Part shown: positions 37,501 through 49,789 of the stretch, piece after piece
Layout: each line of letters starts with the position of its first letter
Numbering within the stretch: position 1 is the stretch's first letter
NCBI RefSeq assembly: GCF_018977255.1
Contig: NW_024704742.1
Coordinates: 18,602,001-18,666,000, forward strand
Origin: Callorhinchus milii
Taxonomy: Eukaryota
Direction: 5' to 3'
DNA length: 64,000 nucleotides
Program-made: the position numbers and the translations under genes
Notes under the pieces: generated by a model
The model's database searches: none
Told to the model about the DNA's origin: nothing
What the model saw: the letters and a program-made list of their open reading frames with translations, nothing else

Positions 37501-38078
37501 CAGTGATGTTCAATTTTGATGATTTAGATCGACACTTTCTGTTCAAAGATATCACACAAGGTTGAAATACATTCCATGCGCTGAGACTGCATTATTAGCT
37601 TTTCCTTTGTTTTGAGTCAGAACATGTATGTTTTAAGATTGTCTGAAGAATACATCAAGCCTGGTAAGAATCTGTGATGCCTGTTTAATTTTTCATTTAT
37701 TCTTTTCCGAGAGGAAAGAGGGTTGGGAAATTGAGAGAATCAACAGCTCAATCTCTGAATCAGTACAATCTAAGCTGACTTCATCAGCTTTTCAAATAAA
37801 CTTAATAAAGACTTTTCTTTCCCTTCATAACATGTGGTGTGGAGATAAAGATCACTTTTCACTCATTTGGCCAACGTCCTTTTGTAGGCAACTTGACTTG
37901 CCTCTAATTTTATCAATAATCAGGAAATAATTCTACAAACAAAACAAAATTACCTGACTCTTTAAGGGCCCCCAAAAAATCTGACCTCTCACTTCAGGTT
38001 GGAATTCAAAGATAGTGGCAGATAAGTGTGAAAGTCAGAGTTCTCTTGGGGGTGGGAGGGTAGAGGGAAGATGATGAT

Positions 38079-38386
38079 GATAATAATAATAATAATCCTT
38101 GCATTTGGTATAGCGCTTTTCACGTCTCAAAGTTTTTCACAGAATAGACTGTAAAGTGAATTGACCATATATTTGTGGGCGAAACGCGGCAGCCAATTGG
38201 CACAGCATTGTCCCACAAACAGTCGTGGATTGAAAATGACTAATTTATTATTGTTTTGTGTTGGAGGAATTATTATTAGGCGTGTGGAGTAAGGAAACTT
38301 GCCCATGGTTTCGCCCTCTGCCTGGAATTGAACCCAGATGTCTCGCTTGCAAAGCGAGTGCTCTAACCACTGAGCTACAGGACTCC
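38079..38386 (-). mobile_element. SINE family A, short variant
   Basis: Intact head ggagtcctgtagctcagtggttagagcactcgctttgcaagcgagacatctgggttcaattcc; (ATT)n tail. Confidence 0.92.
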
Positions 38387-39389
38387 ACATGCTGTCCAGA
38401 AGCCAGTTAGGGTATTATTCCAACTCGCTCTCTGAAAACAGAAGCTCATCCTGCATGAATTTAAGAGGGAGAACATGGAGATTTACTCTGCAGTGGAGCA
38501 CATCTCTAGGTTGTGCCACTGAGTTGCTGTGGAGTACTAGAGATTTAGTACTTTTAGCAGAGATTTTGAGTTGGAAGCTAGACACCATTGAAAAGATTTT
38601 GTAACATCAAGCTTTTTCTTTGTGTAATTGTAGTTTGTGTTGGAAGGTATGAATGTAATCCCTCAGTGTCCATCCTATTAGCACAATATGCACTAAAAAT
38701 CATTGTAAGTTGCTGCAGTTAGCTGACTTGACAGTACTGTGTTTAACTGCTGGAGCAAGTGGTAAACTTAAAGCAATACATTACTTTAATCAAAGAGAAT
38801 AATGACCGTACATGCAAACCTTTGATGGGCATGTTTAATTTTGTTACTCCAATAATCATTTTCTTACTCAGTTATAGTAATATATTGTATAATGCTCTAG
38901 TCATTAATTGATGTAATTTTACTGATACACTAGTGGTAAAACAATCCACATGGAATCACTAATATCTGTTAACATTCACCGGTCACACATTTCTGAAGAA
39001 TTGGGTGGAATTATTGCAATACACAATTTCTACATTATATAACCAGACCTAAGTTCATGTAACAGTTTTACATTTATAACCACTAATCAATTTTGGCATG
39101 AAACCATCAAGAAAAACAATGCAAAATGTATCCCCAGTTTTTTTTGCTTGATGTGCTTTCCAAGAGAAATGTATGCATCTTCAATCAGCTGCAAGAGCTC
39201 AATTTTATCTATATCCACTGGACATCCTTGGATGAATTGGAAAACATTGGATATGGCTCAATTGTAATCATTTCAGAACAACTCAGAGATCATTGTTCCT
39301 TTCAATAAAACGTTGCCAGGGACACACATGCACACAAAGTGTTGCTGAGACCTTTTGCTTTGCTCAATCTTGATAACGTAGAGGCATTT

Positions 39390-39668
39390 GAATCCTTGTA
39401 TTCACCCCACCTCTGTGACCTGCAATCTTACCACCCTGACTGCTAGTCTGCTTCATGTCTTCTGCCCAACCTGCCCCAACATCGGTGAGGGAGCTTTCAG
39501 CCATTCTGCTCCCCCATCCACAACTCTATTCTACCTTCATTCCCACCTTTAAAGCCTGAATTACAATCTCTCTTTTCAACTACCCCCTTTAATTTCCCTC
39601 CTGCCCCTCAGCTCTCCGGGCCACTACCCATGTGTAGGGTGCTATATAAATGCAAGTTGTTGTTGTTT
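39390..39668 (+). mobile_element. Old L2 3' fragment
   Basis: cacctctgtgacctg...atcggtgagggagctttcagcc; tail gggtgctatataaatgcaagttgttgttgtt. Confidence 0.7.
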
Positions 39669-42600
39669 TGGACACCTTCTACCTTTCCTTCTTTAGCATC
39701 TCCACACCCAGCTTGGGCTCCCAGCTGTGCTCTGGGTTTATGAATAATTTTGAGTGTCCTCCCGAAATGAAACACACTCTATCATCGCAAAAATGTTGTT
39801 TTAATAACCTCAAAGGAAAATAAGTATACAAATTCATGCCTTGAAAAGACAACAACTATCGTACCCTGTAATGAATCTGAATCTGACTGATTCCTGATAG
39901 TTCAAAGGGAGAAGGAGTATTGCCCAGCCCATTTATGTATGATCATTAATGGGGTAGTGAAAGAGTATCTATGTATCTGGCAGAACAGTTTGACCTACAT
40001 CAATGAGTACACAGTCAATAAATCCCAATGATGGATGCTCTAGCTTGGCTCAGTTGGTAGAACTCTTGCCTGTGGGTCAGAAGGTTATGGTTTGAAGCTC
40101 CCTGTCAGAACATTTCTGCAGTCTAGGCTGACAGAGCAATGTAAGGGGAACAAAATGTTTGTGTATCAGAGTGAGAAACAGACAATAGAGAATAAGGAAA
40201 AGTATGTGTTTTCACATGCGATTATGCATAATGCAGGGCTCTGCTGTGGGTTTGAGCAAATACTAATCAAATAATTATATTGTTTTTACATTAGACTGGC
40301 AATACAGTGAAATTACCAGCTAAATAAAAGCTTGTGAGACATGTTTCACATCTGTTTCATCGAGTCACTCCATGTAACATTTTTATTTAACAAAGGGGTC
40401 CATTTCCTGCTAATAAGCAAAGGTGGTGTCAAATGTGGAAAAGTATAATTAAAAACACAAATGTGCATTTAATACAGCAGAAGTAATGGTTTCTGTATAT
40501 GTTGTACTTCTGGGTCTGTGAGAAACATTTCATTATACATTGGCGTGTCAGACGGTAGAAGGAAAGCTTTGCAGAATGCTTACTAGAAGAACACAAGGTT
40601 GTGTGATTAAAGGATAATCCAGATGTTTCTAGACATCTAATATAAGACTAGTAAGATCTGTTAAATTGCAACAGAGTTACTCTTAATAATAGTCAATCAG
40701 AGATGACATTAGTCAACCACAACAACTTGCATTTATATAGCGCTCCTCACACAGGGTAGTGTCCCAGAGTCCACCATTATAAATGAATAGAATTATAATC
40801 TCAGCCACCATTAAAGATTTGGGAAAGAAAGTACATAAAGTGTGTTATAAAACGCAGTGACTTCAGTGCACGAGATCAATACACTGATCTGGCAAACAGC
40901 TAATTAATTTTATGCTTGTGTTCCCCAAAAGAAGCAACTCCTTATTAATATAAAACATGGCAAGTTATTATTCTTACTGGAACAAAGTAAAGGTACAGTA
41001 ATCGCAATGAGTTGTGTTTTATTGGTCATGCATAAAGTTTAATGTTCATCAATGCAACAAAAAGACAGACTAAAGACATTCATGATTATTCTAAGTGTTC
41101 GTACATTACAGTTCTGTGTTCTAGGAATTAATATTTAATTGTAAAGAAATACCACAAATCTACTTCTACTGTAATAAATTCAGGTAGAAGCAAAAGCAGA
41201 ATAATAATAATCATTAGTTTGGAAATAGAGCTTTTCATATCAAGAGGTAGTCTAAACACTTCACAGGATTTTGACTGCATTTTTCTCAACTCCACAATCG
41301 GAATACTCTAACTTTAAGAAACATTTGTTATGCAAGATTTTTGTTTTAAAAAATGTGATCTGCGTAATTCTTTGCTGATCTGAACAATAATATGAATGTG
41401 TCTACACAGTAAGATAAAGGGAAGGAGGCAATGACTAGACTATGGCGTGCTATGTAGGGAAACAATCAAAACAGTATGGGGAAGAAACAAAGCAGCCTTT
41501 CTCATCTTCAGGTGCAATGATTGTCGGGAATGTGCTGGACAAACAGGGGCAAATATTCAGAATAGCACTGTACCTTATCAGCACAAATTGGAAAGGCATG
41601 AAAGGCAAAAGGAACAATTTACACATTTGTACAAGAAGGAAAACACCGGCTTTACTGGTTTCAACGTGTCCAGCTAAAAAAAATCAACACTACAGTTTCT
41701 AACTGCCTAGACAGACAGTTTTTTTCTTGAGCTCATCTTGCTCAGCTGTCTCACATTTCATGCAATAGTGGAAAACTGTCCTTGAACATATCCTTGTCTG
41801 CAATTCCATTAACTGTAAAGAATGGTTCTATAATTAGCTAATGTGTTGTTTCTCTTTATTTTCCCGTGAGAAGTTCCATACTGCGTTGCTTGCCTGTGCA
41901 GGTGTGACATAAACTGCTGAAGTGGCAGAAACTGATTCATTGAGTCAAAAGCTCAGTGACAGGTTGATAATGCAACAAGTATGAGGAGTGATTCCGAAGG
42001 GATCTGAGTAACAAAAAAGCTCTGTCAGGTTAAAACATTTATCAACACGAGGCCCCTGAGTATAGCTCCAATTTAGATTCCTCAGTAATGTGCTTGTCAT
42101 CCACAGCTAGAACAGTATTGCAAGCAATTTCCATAAATTGTTGTTTGGAACTAATTCAGGTATTCCATTTTCTGGCAATGGGTTAAAACAGCGGCTATTG
42201 TCTGCAGGATTATGCCCAGTGGTGTAGAAACATACCGTTGTCCTTTTAATTCTTGTGACAGAATGAATGGTGTACAGGCAGTGTGGATGGCAGGTCATTT
42301 GACATTGCCACAGCAATGATCCATAGCCACTTACCATTCCTCAAACCCTTAGAAAAGGATCTTCCTTCATTATAGCATTAGGCTGATTAGTAACTTTGTG
42401 TCAACCAGCAACTAATCTGGGCCCCTAAGAGCATGACACAGAATAATAGCACAGAAGGGTTGATCAAATTTCATACAGTCTGATGGAATTTCCTTTGTAC
42501 TTCATTAAGATTGTTTCAGCAGGAACTTAGGCCAGGTTAAGATACGCTCTCCATTGGGCTACTCAGTGTTATTTTCACTGAGTTCCGGTGGGGTGGGGGT

Positions 42601-43729
42601 GTGGGGGGGTCATTCTGCTCCAACGACTCGATGTAATGCATTTGTTGATATAGACTAAGTGCTATTCTTTTTCATTTGGTACATTACGTAAACCTCTTCC
42701 TGTGTGCTCATAAATAGCTCTAATGTAAGTTCAAAGTATAAGTAACATGGCAGTAATGAAGTAAAATCAAATTGCACTTTTAAAATTGCTTTTGAGCTAT
42801 CTATAAGCACTTGATTGATTTTGTTTGGGGATCGGGGAGAATTTATGTGGAACTTTACCTCTAGCAGGAACACATTCAAAATGTAATGACCCCAGAGAGC
42901 AATGTGTAGTGGATACATAATGGATTGCATGGAAGGTACATAGTAGAATAAACCCCACTGATCTTTGCTCCTTTGATTAGAGAACTCCATGTTTCTCTCT
43001 CTTTAGCTTGAGGTTACCATGACATTTCGTCCCACAAAAGAGTACCTTGTAATTATCTGTTCCATTAGAGTCTTCGCTCACTCATTCTACCTCCTCCTGG
43101 AAATTGCATAATGGAAGTCAAACAGTCAGTAAAACGGTCAGCTTCATATGAATAAAAGTGTCTCCAAGGAGCATTGAGTATACTCATTGTGGAGTTTTAG
43201 GAAATTGATAAAATAATTAAAGAAGATTATAAACCAGATGAATGAGAAAAGGCCGCTCAGCGAATTAAATCCAGCCTATCTTGTTACATACTCTACCACT
43301 CCTATTAAATCAGAGGTAAAGTTCTATGTGAGTGTTCACCGTTACAAAGTAAATCAAACGAAGTAGAGAATATTTATCTGTTCCCAAATCTCTGTCATTC
43401 AATCCTGACTAACTACCCTTCACAGATAACACCTCCCTGTCCTTGCTGCACCATTGAGCTCCTGCAGTATGTGATCATCTAAATCCTTACTTATCCCTAC
43501 AACTTTCAAACCCATTCTGTTTTTCTTCAATTCTAATCGTCTCTCTTCCTCCACTGAAGTTTTAACAGCAATAACTTGAACTTACAAAGAGACCTTTCCA
43601 GAAGATAAGTTACTGTTGCAGTTGTTGCAGTTGAAGAAATAGTTACATTTGCAAGTTATATTGTAAGTTCAGGTATTTAAAGGGATACTTTGTTCTGCTC
43701 TGCTATTGAAAAATAGTAGATCTATCAGT

Positions 43730-43870
43730 ATAATAATAATATAATCCTTGCATTTGATATAGCACTTTTCATGTCTTCTAGACGTCTCAAAGCACTTCAC
43801 AAAATAGACTGTAAAGTGAATTGACTGTATATTTTTGGGCGTAATGCGGCAGCCAATTGCGCACAGCAGT
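43730..43870 (-). mobile_element. SINE family A 3' half
   Basis: ataatccttgcatttgatatagcacttttcatgtcttctagacgtctcaaagc...gcggcagccaattgcgcacagcagt. Confidence 0.85.
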
Positions 43871-44325
43871 ACGTGTGCTTCGGATTCATGACATTCCATA
43901 GAAACATAGGAACGGGAGTTAGGGTTAGAGTTAGGCTATTCAGCCCAGCAAGCCTTTTCTCCATAATCTTAAATGCTCTTACATCTTAAATTGAGTTTAA
44001 ACAGCTCATTTATAATGTGTTTTATTGAAGCTCTGATTAATTCTGACATAAATGGTGTGTGAATTCCATTCACTGCGTGTGAACCAACCAGCCATCTCAA
44101 TTCTTACGCTGGTTTCCAGCTGGTTCCCATTCCAAAATTGGCCAACATCCTGGTCAACAGTCCACAGGAAGTGTCGTTGGTTATGATCTGATGACCAAGA
44201 TATGGGCCACATTTTTAACATGGTACTCAAACCTGCTGACTGGACTCATATGCAGTGAAAACAGCTATTGTGGTCTGCCTATAAAGCAGGTTGGGGATGT
44301 TATATCAAAATATCAAAGATTCACT

Positions 44326-44398
44326 CTATCTACCTACCTACCTACCTATCTACCTACCTACCTACCTACCTATCTACCTACCTACCTACCTACCTATC
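44326..44398 (+). repeat. (TACC)n/(TATC) tetranucleotide microsatellite
   Basis: tatctacctacctacctacc repeated; it produces the spurious TYLP repeat in ORF 44191..44421. Confidence 0.95.
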
Positions 44399-44780
44399 TC
44401 ACTTCTAAACATTCCAATTGATTATCATATGAAGAAATGTTTTTGGTTTTTACTTCTAACCATCTAATTTTAAAATTATGTCCATTATCCTGGTTCCCTC
44501 TACTTGAAGAGTGATCCACTATATACCTTATTATTTCTCTTCAATATTTTAAAAAAGTCCATTTTTCAGATGCGTTCTTTTCCCCCACCTCACTCATGGC
44601 CTGATGTGGACTTGGACCCACAACCTTGTGACTCAAAGGCAAAAGTGCTACCAACTGAGCTCGGCTGCAACAGTCTAGAACAAGGTTCCACAGGGAGAGG
44701 GTAAAGTGCGGAAAGCTTTACCCCTGGTGTCCTATGCACACATTTTCCATTGATACGGATTACTGAGGTGCAACCCTTGT

Positions 44781-45140
44781 GGAGTCCTGGAGCTTCTTGG
44801 TTAGAGCACTTGCCTCGCAACTGGGTTCAATACCGGGGCAGGTGAAATGTTTCCTTACTGTACATGCCTCTGTTTACCTAGCAGTAAGTAGGAACCCAGT
44901 TGTTAGTCGATTGGTGGATCGCTTTTCCGAGGGTAATAATCCCTTCAAAAAATAATAATGATAATAATAATTTGATCATCCAATCCACGACTGTTTGTGG
45001 GACGCTGTTTTGTGCAATTAGCTGCCGCGTTTTGCCCACAAAACATACAGTCAATTCACTTTCAGGAATATTCTATGAAGCACTTTGAGAAGTCTCAAAG
45101 ATGTAATAAGGCGCTATATCAAATTCAAGGATTATTATTA
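44781..45140 (+). mobile_element. SINE family A, long variant
   Basis: ggagtcctggagcttcttggttagagcacttgcctcgcaa...gcctctgtttacctagcagtaagtaggaacccagttgttagtcgattgg...aggcgctatatcaaattcaaggattattatta. Confidence 0.9.
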
Positions 45141-47820
45141 TCTAGCATAAACATAGATGCCTGGTTTACGTGCTATTGCCTGTGTGTGAATGGTACTCTT
45201 TGTGGAAGACAGAGTTTGACTACTTATATTCAATATAAAAATATTTGGACTTTGGTATAGAGGAGATTATCCTTGTCAAGTGATCCAATGGCTGAATTTA
45301 GGAGCAATAGAGAGGTTTTCAAATAATAATAATTCTGTGGATCCCCGACCCCTCTGCACCACCTTCAGCCACTATACCCCTAATCTCTGGAATTTTCTGC
45401 CTCAATCCCTTTGCTTGAAACTCTCTTTATCTATCTTTAAAACCCACCTGTCTATTCAATTGCAGCTAGTCATTTTCCCCTCCCCTCACCTCTGTACAGC
45501 ACTCCCAGACTCCTGCGTGAAACACTCTATATAAATGCAAGTTGTTGTTATCTCTGCAACTTGGCAAACTGGGCTGCAGTGTTCCAATACTGGGTGGAAA
45601 CAGCTTTAGCGAGAGTTTCTGGCAGGCATGCTTTTCTTGAGGATGCCTGAAGTTCCTCCGCCTTTCGTGACCACTGTTGTCATTCCTGTGCCCAAGATTG
45701 ATCTGAGGCGATTACCAAGCCGGGTAGCTGAATGTTTAGAAGTGATGAAAGTTCACAGCTCTTATATAGTAGAAATAGGTGGACAATATCATTGTCAATC
45801 TTCCTTGACAGAGTTATTGATTTTGATTTTCTTTGCACTGAAGATAACACACCATTTGTCTCTCTACTACCCAATTCTGTTTATCCCTGACAGCATCAAT
45901 TCAATTACTGCTTGTCTTTCAGGCAGGGAATTAAACATTCTATAAACGTTAGTATGATGAATGAAAAGAATAAATGTGTGTCAGACAGTTTCAGCATTTT
46001 TTTAATTTTCTATTTTATCTGCATCTTTGTTTTTTGTGATTCTTGTAGCCTTTCTTTTCTTCAATCAGTTGTTTTTCACTTCCCTCCTTTTTCCCTCGAT
46101 TTCTCTCAGCCAGTTTTACATTCTATTTTATTTCGCTTTAACTCACGCTGACTTACTATTTCACATGGATGCTCCCTTGCAATAAACAAAAGTCTGTGAA
46201 CAATGCAGAACAGAGAATGAATAGGTGTGCATTTTGTCTTTCAGTAACTTAAGCCATGGAGGCAATTATCCTCAGTCAGAGTGTAAGCTGCTGAGTTTAT
46301 AACATCAAAGTGCAGTGTGTATATCCTCTCTGCTTTTCAACGGTTGTCATTCAATCATCAGTCTTCTGCTGAAGCCTGGGCATTAAATCAGAGGTGGGGC
46401 AATCCCTTGAGCTGTGTGATTGCTGACATCTTTCAAATGCCTCAATATCTTTCCTGTTATTTGTTATTCCTCCTGTCTCCTTTGCCATTGCAGTGGTACT
46501 CTTTATAATTATACACAAAGGGTTGTGAAAATGTGGAATATACCGCTCAAGAAGGCAGTAAATAGTGCTGCCAAGAAGGTAGTAAAATTAAAGGATGTTC
46601 AAAAAGGAGATAGATACATACTTGGGAACTAAGTGTATTAAGGGGTAAGGAGAAAAGACTGGGTTTAAAAGTTCTATCATTGAGTAAGTAAGGTGGCAGA
46701 CTCAATGGGCTCAACGGCCTTCTGTTAATTCTTTATTCTTATGTTTTAAGTTCTCCAGTGTTCCTCTGAGAACAACAAATGAAAAATATTTATGCTCCTC
46801 ACATGCAAACCAACCAGACTCAGCAGAATTTTCTCATCAGCTGTTCAATCGACATTGCCTTCAGTGTGGTGGGAGAACTCTTACAGGACAGCTGTGACGT
46901 GCCAGCCAATTTGACGTTCCATATGTCTGAGTTCAATGTTGTGTACCAGGCTTACTCAGCACCAGCTGCTTAATCCAGGGGCTTTGACAAATTGTGCCCA
47001 CTGTGCAGTTGTCTCCATCTTCTGGTGCTCAGTAACAAGTCAGTATAGCTCAGAGCCCTCTGACCCTGTAGTCACTTGCCCTGTTTACCACACGATAGTC
47101 GTTTTACAAAGAAGGAAAGCCACCAACCAATGAACAAAGCTCAAGGTACATTAGGAGAGACTATGTTAATATTTGATGCATCTTAGTATTAGCAAATGAT
47201 TTATACATGTGAAATCTTTTAATTGTATTCACTTCATTTCATATTAAAGTCCAATCATTCCACATTTTCATATTTACTTTCATAGCATTAATCAAAATAA
47301 GAGCTTTTTGTATGAAATGGCGAGGCATGATTATTACACACACATTTGAAACATTCTGCTAATCTGAAGTGACTACCAGTGGAAGCAATGAAGTCTTCTC
47401 CTAAACAATGCCATATACAGCAATACGAAAGGGATAAAATGACACCCATCGTTTACTTACCTTTTATGGTGCCCCAGGTTGTGATTTAGCCTGAGATTCG
47501 AACTCTAGTTTTAACTTGTTAAAAGTTAGAATTATGCAATATGTCTTACTTGATTGTCTCTACATGATAGGCACTGCAGATGTCTGCTTTGGCTGGAACA
47601 TTTGACTCACATAAATCCACTGTTATTCCAAGTAGAGTGAAAACAGCGATTTGTATCAATATTTGATACTTCTCTAAATCTATCTAAGTGAGAAACCTAT
47701 CTAAACAAGAGTCCTCTTTCATGTCTTGATGTCAATTCTTCAACAACCCCACAACTGGCTCCATTGGCTCACATGACAAGTTGGGCGAGTGCCCATAGAA
47801 TAAAAATAATACTACTACTC

Positions 47821-48176
47821 ATAATAATAATAATTCTTGCATTTGTTATAGTGCTTTTCATGTCTTCTAGATGTCTCAAAGTGCTTCACAGAATATACTG
47901 TAAAGTGAATTGACTATATTTGTGGGCAAAACGCATCAGCCAATTGCGCACAGCAGTGTCCCACAAACAGTTGTGGATTGAATGACCGAATTATTATTAT
48001 TTTTTTGAGGGTTTAATTTCCCCGGAAAAGAAATCCGCCATTCGACTAACAACTGGGTTCCTACTTACTGCTAGTTAAACAGAAGCGTGTGGAGTAAGGA
48101 AAGTTGCCTAACATTTCGCCTTGCTGGGAATAGAACTTGCGAGGCGAGTTCTCTAACCACTGAGCTACAGGTCTCC
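47821..48176 (-). mobile_element. SINE family A, long variant
   Basis: Tail (aat)n, body with cgactaacaactgggttcctacttactgctag, head ctctaaccactgagctacagg. Confidence 0.9.
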
Positions 48177-49144
48177 ACTGTTGGCTAATGCCTGTGGAAT
48201 GATACACAAAGAGATAGTGTCTTATTATTATTATTATTGTGAAGAGAAGAGAAAGGGAAAGAGAAAATAAAAAAGAAGCCATGAACTGGCGCTATTAACA
48301 AGGAACTCTACTTATATTGCTGCGTCTGCACCACTGAGGGGTTGACAGGCCCAATTACGCTGTTGAGTTTCTCGCAGAGTCCAGGATAACAATCCCTCCA
48401 ATAAAATTGTCTCCATAGCTGTTTATTGGATGTTGCTCTGTGCAAATTGGCTGCCACATAAATACATACAGTCACATCACTTTAAGTAATATAATGATAA
48501 TAATTCTTCCATTTGATATAGTGCCTTATCACATCGTTGAGATGTTGCAAAGTGCTTCACAGGATATACTGTATGCCACTTCGCCCACACAAAAAATACA
48601 GTCAGTATATTCCGTCAAGTGCTTTGAGACATCTCAAAGACCTGATAAGGTGATATATTAATGAAAGTATTATTATTGTAATTGCAAATTAGTCAAAATT
48701 ATTGTATTTTTAAAACTTCCTTTTCAATTTGTAATATAATTTGTAAATCCTACAACGACTTACATATCAGTGCAGTGGTTGGTAGACATAATGCTCAGCA
48801 TATTCACCTCAATAGGGTAAAGGGATCAGTGGACAACAACAACCACAAAATTACATTTGTATAGCGCCTTTAACATCGGGAGGACATCCCAAAGCGCTGG
48901 ACCTACACATTGTCACCAACACTCATGGGAATAACTGTTCCATCATTCTAACTTCAGAGGAGGGCAGTGAAGCTTAACGCGAGAGTGCTAAACAAAAGTT
49001 AAAACCATTCTGAAGGAAATATGGAACCTTATTGGTATACGCATATTTATTATTATTAATATTATTATTATAAAGGCAAAGAATCCCATCTGAAGCCTGT
49101 ACACCATTTTGCAGTGAGCAAAACCTCTCCTGTTATCTAAATTT

Positions 49145-49260
49145 TGCTCACAAATATACAGTCAATTCACTTTACAGCATATTCTGTGAAGCGCTTTGAG
49201 ACGTCTCGAAGACATGAAAAGCGCTATATCAAATGCAATTATTATTATTATTACTATTAT
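49145..49260 (+). mobile_element. SINE family A 3' tail
   Basis: cacaaatatacagtcaattcactttacagcatattctgtgaagcgctttgagacgtctcgaagacatgaaaagcgctatatcaaatgcaa(tta)n. Confidence 0.85.
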
Positions 49261-49374
49261 AAATTGTGCATGGTAACTATGTCTTTAATTCCCTTTTGTA
49301 TTTGTTTATTTTCTGTATCATTTTACAGTAAAATGATTGCTTCTATTAGAAATGTAGAAGTGTAAACATGATAA

Positions 49375-49692
49375 GATGTGCTGAATTGTTAGAGGTGCCA
49401 TTCCTTAGGTGAGATTTTAAACCGAATCCCCGTCTGATTGTTCAGGTGGGCGTTAAAGATTCCACGTCACTATTTGAGTTTCTTCCGTTGTCCTGGCTAA
49501 CAATCCCCCAAATGAAATTTGTCACTCACTTCATGGCTTATGTGTGTGGGGACATTGCTGTGTGCATATTTCCTGCCACGTTGCCCACAAATACACAGCT
49601 ACCCCACTTTACAGTATATCCTGTGAAGTGTTTTGAGGTGTCTCAATGACATGATAAGGCGCTGATACATTAAATGTAAAAATTATTATAAT
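49375..49692 (+). mobile_element. SINE family B, lacking head
   Basis: gaggtgccattccttaggtgagattttaaaccgaatccccgtctgattgttcaggtgggcgttaaagattccacg, followed by the shared 3' body. Confidence 0.78.
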
Positions 49693-49789
49693 TCAAGCAG
49701 AAAGAGCCATTTCTCTGCTATGTGCGTCAAGCCCACAATCAAAGACACACAGGTTAGGTAAGTATAAAGCTCCCCTCTATATAAAGCTG

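Noticed and set aside
37621..37663. Possible 43-nt plus-strand exon (NMYVLRLSEEYIKP) between a pyrimidine tract/AG and gtaaga
   Set aside because: Isolated; I found no partner exons and the peptide is unrecognised.
38320..38386. tRNA-Ala(TGC)-like sequence
   Set aside because: It is the head of SINE A. It runs into the SINE body and lacks a proper acceptor stem, so it is not called a tRNA gene.
43915..43935. Telomere-like ttagggttagagttagg
   Set aside because: Only about three degenerate units, embedded in a probable CR1-type tail remnant.
44191..44421. ORF with TYLP tandem repeats
   Set aside because: Translation of the (TACC)n microsatellite.
45628..45945. 105-aa ORF containing VPPPFVTTVVIPVPK, reminiscent of a Rex1-type RT N-terminal motif
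   Set aside because: The resemblance covers about 15 residues and no further RT motifs follow.
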